Assembly (NCBI GenBank): GCA_021613535.1
Contig: CP075497.1
Location: 6,200,001 to 6,264,000 of the forward strand
Direction: 5' to 3'
DNA: 64,000 bases
From: Adineta vaga
Taxonomy: Eukaryota; Animalia; Rotifera
A model generated the notes under the pieces. The model was not told the origin of the DNA and searched no databases. It worked only from the letters and a program-made list of their open reading frames with translations. Made by a program: the position numbers and the translations under genes. Below are positions 14,640 through 25,428 of this stretch, in pieces (position 1 is the stretch's first letter; each line of letters begins with the position of its first letter).

Positions 14640-14990
14640 CTAGAAATGATTTTTTCCATATTCATCTCTCTCACAAGTCTTTTGAACTTGAAATTCAAGT
14701 AAATAATCAACAATATCCATGTATCCAAGATAAACAGCAATATGTAATGGTAACCAACCATCAGCATTGTTCATTAATATATCACATTCACCATCTTCCA
14801 CGAACAATTTCAATAGATCGAGACGATTGTAAAGACAACAGAAGTGAACTAGTGATTGTCCATGATATGTGAGATAGTTGAGATTAAGTGAAGGTAGTTG
14901 TCGAAGAAGTTTGTGAATATCGAGAATATTGCCATTGAATTGAACGATATGAAAGAGACGAGAAGTGAATTGATGATGATCAAGAATCAT
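14640..14990 (-). CDS. NRARP: NRARP-like small ankyrin-repeat protein, copy A (116 aa, intronless)
   Basis: 'GQSLVHFCCLYNRLDLLKLFVEDGECDILMNNADGWLPLHIAVYLGYMDIVDYLL' aligns by eye with NRARP ('GQTALH...LELVKLLVKFGADIRLANRDGWSALHIAAFGGHQDIVLYLI'). Similar size and single exon. An upstream in-frame ATG exists at 15017. Confidence 0.7.
   Translation of the reverse strand: MILDHHQFTSRLFHIVQFNGNILDIHKLLRQLPSLNLNYLTYHGQSLVHFCCLYNRLDLLKLFVEDGECDILMNNADGWLPLHIAVYLGYMDIVDYLLEFQVQKTCERDEYGKNHF
14693..14990 (-). repeat. Left arm of a 298-bp inverted repeat (partner 19349-19646)
   Basis: The reverse complement matches 19349-19646 base by base, with 2 mismatches (14945/19394 and 14721/19618). Confidence 0.97.
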
Positions 14991-16972
14991 TGTTAATGAG
15001 GGAAAGAGAATGAACATTCACATAATGTGATTTGATTGAAATGACAAGAGAACGACGAACGAAAAAAAATTCTTTTTGTTCTTTCATTCGTGATGAGAAT
15101 ATTTTCTTCTTCGAATAAGCTTTGGACAATTTAAGTCGGAAATTACAACATAAAGCTTTTTTTTCACTTCATTAAAATTGAACTCAACAAGAAGAAAAGA
15201 AAACTATGTTGGTTACATGTGATTGATTGAAAAAAAATCTGTAGATTATGTCTCTTGGCATTTAACAACAATTGATTAGATGAATAATCAATCTGTCTAG
15301 TTTTCAGCTTGATCCATACGATTCTTTTGACTCTTGTTCGTTCGCTGGCTAAATTATAGTAGCATGGACGAGTTGTGTTTCATGGATAATTACTTTCTAG
15401 CTTTTCTCTAAATTGGTTGCTTTGTATATATATCTTTTTTCTCTGTATATACATACAGACACAAACTTTCTTCTTCTTCTGACGATTGGAAAATGTGTGC
15501 GTGTGTTTGTTAGTTTGAATAGCTCGAAGGCAAGTTCATGCTTGTTTGTAAGAAACGATCATTTAGATGTTCATGCCTCTTATCTAACTGATTGCATGAG
15601 AAAACAGAAAATGAGCAAGTGTGCATGTGTCTTATTCTAACTAATGTGCAAGCACGTATGTTTAAGTCAAAGAAAAAGGAAAAATGACAAAATTTAGCCT
15701 CTTTTCTTTTTCTTCTTTTCTTTTGCTTGGTTGCACTTTAAGACGATTATTTAAGCGGAACTGATGATTCAAACTGACAAATGTAGACGCGTATTTTACA
15801 TAGTCAGGATGAGTAAATCTGCGGATATTTACTTCCTTTTCTTTATTATAATTAAGCTCTTCTTGGAAAAGAATGAAAAAGATTTTATTTTGATTCTTTT
15901 ACTGTTACCAATGAAGAACATTTTTTTTTCTTCTTTATAACATCATATGAAAGAGAAAGACATTTGTATATATTTATTCTACATTCATTTCGGTGTTCTG
16001 TTTACTAATCAATCGATCATAAGTCAGGAAAAAGAATTGATACGAAGAAATCCAGTAAGTTTGTTTGATGTTTTATAAGAATAAAAATAATAATTATGAA
16101 TAAACAATGCGTATCAATGTCAGTTCAATGAATTTATCGATAGCAAACAAACGATACCTTTTCTCTTTCTTTTAAATAAACAAATCACAAGTAAAAAACG
16201 AAAGATTCTCATTAGAACAACTCAAAGTAAGATTATTTTCTAAACCAAAGCTTCAAGTTGACCTATAGAACTAATGGAAAATAAAAGAATAGTCTTTTTT
16301 GATGAATTTAATGAGTATTTATACACAATTCTTATGATTCTCTTGTATGCATATATATATATATATAATCACTCGGGAAATCAGTAAACTCATGAAAATA
16401 TCCATTCCAATAGATAATTAGCGTTCACTATCTGCATCTTCTTTCATGCATTGCCATCGAGTGAAAGACAAGAGAAAAGAAAAAAAACGGGGTGTAGAAA
16501 GAATTCAATAATCTAATCAACTAGTACGTAGCTTGTCATGACTTCTATTCAAATAACAATCCTATATATGTAAAAATAAGACAAAGATAGACTAACTAAT
16601 TTGATTTGAGAAATTTCTTATTCTTATCTAGTAATGTGATCAATATGGGAATTTTTTCTCGAATGATAAATAAGGTAAAAGACATGAGAAATAAAACTAA
16701 GAACTAGAAGAGAAGAGAATTTCTTTTTTCCTTCCTTTTTTTTTCTTTCTTGTATTATTAAGTAAATGAAAGAAGATGAACTGAGTTGTTCAATGATGTT
16801 ATGTAATCAATAGAATAGATTTAAGAATAAGTGGAGATTATATTGATGATTATAGAAAGTGACTTGAGCTGAGTACGTTTGATCGTGTAGGGAAAAAAAA
16901 GAGAAAGAGAAACATTTGCTCAGACTATGCTTTTAACTATATCATCGATTTTCATTTAAGAAATTCAATGAA

Positions 16973-19079
16973 ATGATTTCAATTCTTCTAATATTTCAAA
17001 TTCTATCTTATGTAAAATCTACAATAATCTATCAAAATGATTATGAACCACGTGTATTTGATCATATTCCATCAAATTGTTACGATTGTTTATCTTATCG
17101 TGATATAATTTTAACTCAATTAACCGATGTTCCAGCTCGATCATTTGCAAACTTTCATTTAGGTTCACGTGATACATATATGATCTTAAATGGACAAATT
17201 AAATTAACATTACATCCCTATGCATTTCAATCGTTTATTATCGATAAACCAAATAAAACATTAACAATAACATTTGCTGCACCGAATTCTTGGTTAAATA
17301 TAACGGAAAATATATTCAATGGTCTTGAACTTCATTCCTATTCAACATTACGTATTGTTATTAAATTTTTCTATGGAATTACTTTTCATAAGAATTCTCT
17401 CTCCGGTATTAAAATGGCTCGACATTCACATTTGATACTGGACATATCATCTGTAACAGAAGTTTATTTTGAAAATCATATTATCAAAGAAAATGATTTC
17501 AATTCTTCAATTGATTTTCTCTTTTCACGTACAGATACAATTCTTTTCGATTCATATTCATTTGCCCACTTAAATATTCAATCAAATCAAATCATATCTT
17601 TTCAATTTGAACTAATTTCACATATTTATTTGAAATCTTATGCATTCAAATCTTTACAATTACAATCAGCAAGTTCATTTCGTTTTTATTCAATTTTTCT
17701 AAATCGTTTAACAATCGAACCGTATACATTTGATCAATTGTTCTTAGATTCCGATTCAATTTTTAATTTTACTATTCGAACATTAGGAACATGTTTATGT
17801 TTGAAATCTTATTCATTTAATAATTTACACACAAAGCCTAGCAGTGACAATGTTCTTATTCTATTTCAATTTCATACTCTTCGAGGTTTATCATTTCTCT
17901 CCAATACATTCTTCAATCTTTCATTATATAATTCAAAAAATCAATTAAGAATTCTTGCAAATAATCCATTTAATGATGCAAATCCAATGATTAATTTTGC
18001 AAAGGAGACATTTTCAACAACAAATTTCGGATCAATTCTTTTGAATTTTTCCGAAGTAACAGTCGTACGATTTGAAAAAGACTCCTTAAAAACAGATTAT
18101 TTAACTCATCAAATCTATTTCAAAGGTATTTCATTAATTGATCTCTCCGCATTAAATGCCAATTTTATTCAGAAAAAATTTCATCTCTCTTTCGATAATA
18201 TTCGTTATGTTAAATGGTATGAATATATTTCGAAAGAGAAGAATTTCAAGTACGTTTATATTGAATTTGAAATCATTCTATTTTCTTGTTTACTCTAGTA
18301 ATCAAATTGAATATCATTTGAAATATCTTTCAAATTCTTCGTGCCTTATTTATTCAGCTTCGCGTTCGATACCATGGATATTTTCTAATTCAAATTTGAC
18401 AACTTGTAATTGTCCACTTTTGTATGCATATAAACATGGTCAACTTGACGGACAATTGATTCCATGTCTTCGTTCAATATCGGGATACAAAGCAGGTGAA
18501 CAAATGAATCGATGTGATTTTGATCGAATAAAAATTGAATGTCAATCAAAAATTGACTTATTAACAAATTTCAACACAACAAATGAGACTTCAACTATTG
18601 GATTAAATTCAAATGAAATTGATAATTCATTAATACGACAATTATATGATAAAAATTATCTTTCTTGTTCATTCAATTATTCAGCATTACCATCGACAAT
18701 ACTTATACGTTCACGTTTATTGAATAATTTTGGGTTAGTTTTTGGTATTATTCTTGGTATATTTATTCTATTACTTATTGTTGTCATGGGTTTATTGAAT
18801 GGTTTACAATATAAAATGAGAGAATATGATGAAACATGGACGTGGAGACGAAATATGTCATGGACAACATTACGACGAACAATATCTCAAACATCGTTAA
18901 GACGTTCACGAAGAGATTTACGTACGATAAGCAGTCATGGTATAACATCGAAATCGGATAATCAACTTGATCGATTAAGATATAACCAACAAGATCAGAA
19001 TGAAGGAGAGATAACATATGATTTTAAACAATCTCAATCAATACAAGAAGATTTAAAAAGGAACAATCGAATATTCTAA
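16973..19079 (+). CDS. Type I membrane protein with atypical ~28-aa LRR-like/solenoid repeats; 2 exons (intron 18250-18298)
   Basis: Signal peptide 'MISILLIFQILSYVKS'. About 10 repeats such as 'LHPYAFQS', 'FDSYSFAHL', 'LKSYAFKSL', 'IEPYTFDQL'. LRRCT-like 'CNCPLLY', TM 'FGLVFGIILGIFILLLIVVMGLL' and an Arg/Ser-rich tail. The GT-AG intron joins the two listed ORFs in frame. Confidence 0.75.
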
Positions 19080-19348
19080 TTGTGATATTTTATTTTGTTG
19101 ATCATTTTCTATATAATAAAATATAATATTAGTTTAATGTAAATAATTTATTTCATAACAAATGAATAGAATAGATCGCACCATATCGAATGTGCTCTAG
19201 TTGTCATTAGACATGCAGCTGTTTCCATTTTGATCTCATTTTCTCTCGTTCTCACCTATGAAATCATTTCATTCATTCTCTCATTAGTTTATATATACAA
19301 CATTCTTCTCCTTCTGCTTCTTCTATTTTATTTCATTCGAAAAAAAAA

Positions 19349-19646
19349 ATGATTCTTGATCATCATCAATTCACTTCTCGTCTCTTTCATATCATTCAAT
19401 TCAATGGCAATATTCTCGATATTCACAAACTTCTTCGACAACTACCTTCACTTAATCTCAACTATCTCACATATCATGGACAATCACTAGTTCACTTCTG
19501 TTGTCTTTACAATCGTCTCGATCTATTGAAATTGTTCGTGGAAGATGGTGAATGTGATATATTAATGAACAATGCTGATGGTTGGTTACCATTACATATT
19601 GCTGTTTATCTTGGATATATGGATATTGTTGATTATTTACTTGAAT
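19349..19646 (+). repeat. Right arm of a 298-bp inverted repeat (partner 14693-14990)
   Basis: 296 of 298 positions are identical to the reverse complement of 14693-14990. Confidence 0.97.
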
Positions 19647-19675
19647 GTATGAAAATATATCAAATTCGAATTTAG
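19349..19675 (+). CDS. NRARP: NRARP-like small ankyrin-repeat protein, copy B (108 aa, intronless)
   Basis: Same sequence as copy A over 99 codons (one I/V change), followed by a different C-terminus (CMKIYQIRI). Confidence 0.7.
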   Translation: MILDHHQFTSRLFHIIQFNGNILDIHKLLRQLPSLNLNYLTYHGQSLVHFCCLYNRLDLLKLFVEDGECDILMNNADGWLPLHIAVYLGYMDIVDYLLECMKIYQIRI

Positions 19676-21340
19676 AAATGAATGATGACAATCAAACTAT
19701 TAACAGTGATTAGAAATCAAATCAAGTTGTCTTTTTTTTCTCAAAATGGTCACGCATGGTTAACAACATATAAACAATCTCTTTTTTGTTCTATGTTTCA
19801 TTTGATATCGAAATGAAAGTGATAGTTTTCTCACTTTGTCTTTTTTCCCATGCTGTGTTCGATCAATATAACGTCGGTATATCTTTTTAAAAAAAACTAT
19901 AGTCGATATTTTGAACACAAGGCGTCATGATCAATGTCCTTCTACTTGAACACTATTATTGATGATATTTAGATAATCTTCATCAACGAAATGAGGCACG
20001 TAATTCAGTTTTCAAGTGGGTCTGTTCGCTGATTATTAAGAGATATTATAGAGTTGAGAAGCATGTTGTATTCATTCGTTTACTCCCACTTGAATTAGTC
20101 AAATATTGAACATGCAAACTATACACTGTTGACAAAGCTTATTTCATTGATCGTGATCATGCATAAGACAACGTGAAGTTTTTCCGGTAATAATTTTTGA
20201 CAATAAAGTAATCAATCACTTTGCGCAAAGGATATAATCACTCTTGTTGTAATCTTTGGCAACGCCACATTTAATCTTGTGTTTGGTTTTCGAGCACGAC
20301 TTTCACGGAAACACCTGAATAGATACATTTATTACTATCGTCAACGTGATAAGTACAAGTCATCGTTAAATTGACTTCAAATGAAGTAGAACGATTTTTA
20401 GATGTGTAACGAGTAGTTTCTGATATTTATATATCAAAAAAATTGTTTTTTTCCACTAGAATATCTCTAATTTGATAAATATCATCAGATTTTATCACAT
20501 TAGTTTATAATTGATATCATGCACAATGTAGAACTTAGTTTTTCTTTCGTTGACAATAACAGAAATTATATTATAAATTGCATGGTATGAAAAGATATAT
20601 TTGATCAATTATAAAAGAGTATTCTTAATTGATTGTTTGATCTATGTGAATTCAAAAAAGGTAGACTTTGGATTTGCACTTTAACTGTGAGTTTTGTATG
20701 GTTAAACACTTGGTATATGGTGATTTTGTTCCTTATCTTTCATGACAAAATCTACCAGTACTTTATAAACGTCATGCACATCACAATGTTTTGAGACTTT
20801 TGCCGAAGAATAGTATTATTGTGAATACTTTCAATTATTTTCTATTGGACAAAATGAAAAGAAAACAGATCACGTAGTACAAGGATAATAAAATCTATTA
20901 ATATCTGATTATTCTTTATCATTGTCAAATAATTCAACAATATAATTCTTTTACAATGAGCTCTAATACATCAGTTCTCATCGAAAGAACTGAAGGAAAC
21001 TAACCTTGAGTATATCATGTGCTTCATGATTGCGGGTCGATGAAAAACAAAAGGAATGGAAAGAAAAAAAAAGAAATTATTTTTTCCTTATGAAGAAAAC
21101 TACAAAATATTGTGTGAAAGAAGATGATTTTATTATGCACTGGCGCAAAGAAAAAGGCATATTTCGAGAGATTTCCATTTCTTTTTTCGATTGAAACGAT
21201 TGATAGACTATGAAATTCAGCAAGAAAACCGTAGACAACTGAAACAAACGATTAGATAATATTATTGTTTCACGTTATCTAAGCTATCTTTGACCAAAGA
21301 TAGTTTCACAACATATTCAAAGAGATATTTTGAGAGTAAA

Positions 21341-23151
21341 ATGGACTCGCTTAACAGTGATCCCGTCAAAGTTGCATTACACGTAAGTGAATTAGACTCA
21401 CATTTTTTAAGGATTGATTCCAAATATACGATTGATAGGCAGATCCAATTGATGTTAATACAAGTTTATCTTCTCTAGCTGCAGCGCCAATCTCTTTAGA
21501 TGGCATTTTAAAAAAATGTGGTGATCTAAATCGATTTCAAATGATACATTATTTTTTTATTAATCTCATTTCTATGAGTGCTGCTGTCGTTGGCTTTTAT
21601 TATGTTTTTGGTGCAGCTGAACCTGATCATCGATGTCGATTGCCATCCTCCGTTTGGCCGGATGATACGCAATATTATCCTATTAATCGCACGCATGAAA
21701 TATTGATTAACACATACATACCAAAGATGAAAGATAGTACAAAATGGGAGAAATGTGTACGATATACAATTGCAAATCCAAATGGTACATTAGTTAGTTG
21801 TCCAAATGGATGGGTATATGATCAATCAGTATTTGGATATACATTTACTGAAGAAGCAAATCTTGTTTGTAGTCGTGAATCACTAAAGAGTTGGTTAGCC
21901 ACTATGATGCAATGTGGAGGATTTGCATTACTACTTATTGGTTCATTAGCGGATAGATTTGGTCGAAAAAAAACAACAGCAACGGTGACTATTCTTCTTT
22001 TCATAATATGTATAATTACACAAGTAATTATGCAATGGGTGCCTATGTCAATCGAAACAAAGTAAATTATTTGTTTTATTTGTTTATTTAAAATGATTGA
22101 TTTCATTGTTAGATTTGGTATTTTATTACTTAATCAATTTGCATCAGGTCTCAGTGCTGCGACATTTAGTGTGATATTTATTCTAATGCTTGAATTAACA
22201 TCATCAGCGCATACAAGTTTAGCTGGAAATGTTACACTTATTTCATTTACAATTGGAGAAGCTATTCTTACTTTATTTGCTTATTCAGTAAAAGATTGGC
22301 AAAAACTGAAATGGGCTAATACATGTTTTATTGGTTTAATTTTACCTTATCTTTATTTTATGCCTGAATCACCTTTGTATTTGTATGCCAAACGACAATA
22401 TGCTCAACTTGAAGCACTCTTACGACGTATTGCAACAACCAATCGACGAAAAGAAGTGGATTGGTATCCAGTTTATCAGCAATTTATACGAAATCAACCA
22501 TTAACATTATCACATGAAAATGAAATGACATTCTTACAAAAAGCTCAGCAAATTCTATCACATCGACCGGTTATTATTAGATTAGCCATTGCTGGTTTAC
22601 TTGGTTTCATTTCACTCTTGCTCTACATTAAAATAAGTTTTGGATTAGCTGTAATGAAAATTTCTCCATATTTGGGCATTTTAATTGGTGCTATTGTTGA
22701 AGCAGCTGGATACATCACAGGAAATGTGCTTATATCAACAAAATTAGGTCGTAAAGGTTCATTTGTTCTCACGATGACTTTAACAGTTATTTGTGTTATT
22801 CTTATACCAATCGTTCTCAAATATAGTCCAGATGCAACAGTCTTTATTGCTCAATTTGGAAAATTTAGTATATCAGGTGCTATTGCTGCATCATGGATAT
22901 TTGTTCCTGAACTTTTTCCGACTTCAATTCGTAGTGGAGCAAATGGATTTTTCATTGCTTTTAGTCGAATAGGAGCTATTGTAGCACCGATTATTAATAC
23001 ATCAGTTAGTGCTGAGTATCAACCTTATACATCTTATGCATCTGCCGGATTAGCTGTTATTGTTATTTTGTTAACTTTCTTATTGCCTGAAACAAAAGAT
23101 AAACCAATGGATGCTGTTGCCGATTATGAAATCAATCGAAGTGATGTTTAA
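21341..23151 (+). CDS. SLC22-family organic cation/anion transporter (MFS), 3 exons, intact
   Basis: 'LDGILKKCGDLNRFQ', a Cys loop ending 'CPNGWVYD...EANLVC', 'GSLADRFGRK', 'PESPLYL', 'ELFPTSIRS', 'LPETKDKPM'. Introns at 21383-21438 and about 22062-22112. Confidence 0.92.
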
Positions 23152-23685
23152 TTGTTTCGGATTTTTTTTCATATATAAACGTTTTCACACACGCACAATA
23201 AAAGAAGGAGAAAAGCACACACACGCACACTTGATGGCAGGAAAAAAACCAGTGATACTACATCCAATCGTTTAGATGTAGTCGAGAAAAGACGCAACGA
23301 GAGAGAAAAAAATATAACATACATGAACGAAAAAGTGATCTGACTAGAAGAATACAAAACACGTACACCGAGATCCGATTCACAGTTCTTATTTCTTTCA
23401 GATAAATAATAAGGCATTTATATTTCAAAATATATACGAGGAAAAACTAAAGAGCGCACGAGGATATTTTCTTTTTGTTCAGACACACACACATACATTT
23501 ATATATGTATATAAATATATATATATATTATTCCTGCTTTTCCTTTTTGCTTTATCAGGGCGAATCACTGTCGATGGTTCGAGAAACGAAGAAAAAAAAA
23601 TAGAGAAAAAGACGAAAACGGAAAAGAAAACATCTATATACAATAAAATATGAAAGAGAATAATGTTTTCATTCACTTGCTTCAA

Positions 23686-25397
23686 TCAAGATTTCGACTT
23701 GGTTTTTAGATTAGTTGATGATGACGTTTGATGATTTTTTATGCGACGATGATCATTTCGATGAGCCCGATAAGCTCGTTCACTTGTAAATGTCTAATTG
23801 AAAAAGTCTTTCATTGAATATTAACGTTTCAAATCTCTCTCACTTGTAAACAATCGTCAATATCACAGGAGTATACAGTCATCGCTGAACTATCACTATT
23901 GATTGTCATGCCATCATCATCCTAGAATAAAATGTTTCTTTTGTATGAAAGAAGTATTCTTATCATTTTTCACAAACTTACAATACGAAATTCATTAAAT
24001 GATGCTGAAGATGATACTTCATCATCAAAAATTTGTCTCTGTGGATGTTGTTGTTTGGTTTTGATCATTTGTAATCGTTTACGTTTCGCAGTTAAAGAAT
24101 TCATACCCGTTTCACGATTTGTGAAATGCACTTTAGGCATATAATGAAATTCAATACATTGTTTCACCGTTTTTGTACCAACCTTACAATGAAAAAAGAA
24201 AGAAATCGAAGTTCACATCGAATGTTCTATAAAAAAAATACTTACAGCTCGACTAACAAATAAAAAGTTCTTTTCCGATGTTTCCATTGCTTTTGTAAAT
24301 GCATCGAGCTCTTCTTGTGTCCATGTATCACATTCGGGAAAATGATATCGATGTAATGGTCGACATTGTTTGATATCTTGAGCTGTACCATCAAGCAATG
24401 CAGCCAATGTACGTTGTAAATCACCTTTATATTCATGTAATAACATGTAGACTAATTCCATAGGATATAATGTTGGTGAATGTCGTGGAGAAAATAATAG
24501 AGGATTTGTTCGACTTAATTGTTCATATTTTTCAAGTGCAGTTTCATCAAGAGATGTAAGTTCAGACGGAGAGAATAATAATTCATCATGTTCTACAAAA
24601 AAAAGGTAAACTTCTTCGTTTTGTTTCAAATCTTTTACATAATTTTCTTTGTTATTTCTATGGCATTCTCAATTTATAATATGTTTACAATTACTAAACA
24701 ACTATCTAATTGTTTTCTTCTACTTTTATTGCAGAACAAACCTGTATCATCATCATCATCGATATTTGTCTGAAGTTTCGGAATCATAGCTTGATATTTT
24801 TCGCCAACATTAATTTTGGGTCCAGATATTTCATCAGGTATAGGTGTAAATGGTAAATTGGGTGTTGGCACATTGACTGTTTGTTGTGTTGCAACTGGTG
24901 TTGATTGAGAGAAAACTTGATAGTAAAGACCTGGACCTTTTCGAAATGGACTTAGCATCGGTGGTGGTGTGTACGGAGTTGATGGAAGTGACTTCGGGAT
25001 TTGACTACTAATATTAAGACTTTGTTGCCGACGAAATTGAGAAACTTGTGATGGCCATTGAAATGAACTGTTACTAGAATTTGTAGTCGTTTGTTCGGAG
25101 ACTTTTGATGGGATGGTTGATGAAAGATTTTCATAATTAAAATGTGTATTGCCTGATGATGAGGATGAGGATGTTGATGAATTTATTGTGGTCGTTGAAG
25201 ATGGTGTTGTAATAAGAAAACCAGAAGTTGGTTTTGTTACTGATGCTGTTGTTGTATCTAATATTGGACTATCAACATCAGGAACGACTTTTAATGCTAA
25301 ATTATTAGGAAAATTTTCCAGATTTGTTTGTGTTCTATTGTCTTGATCATTATTTTGCTCAATCGTCGGTGAGAAATCTTGTGTAGTTTGATTATGC

Positions 25398-25428
<31 letters not shown>

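Noticed and set aside
14465-14872. Antisense ORFs over the NRARP-like copies (also 19467-19691)
   Set aside because: They are shadow frames of the real genes, shared only because the DNA is duplicated.
14693-19646. The inverted repeats as transposon TIRs or a composite element
   Set aside because: The arms coincide with ankyrin coding sequence. There is no transposase in the spacer and no target-site duplication is evident.
20011-20094. 10-bp inverted repeat TTCAAGTGGG...CCCACTTGAA as a possible MITE
   Set aside because: Too short, single copy in the window and no clear target-site duplication.
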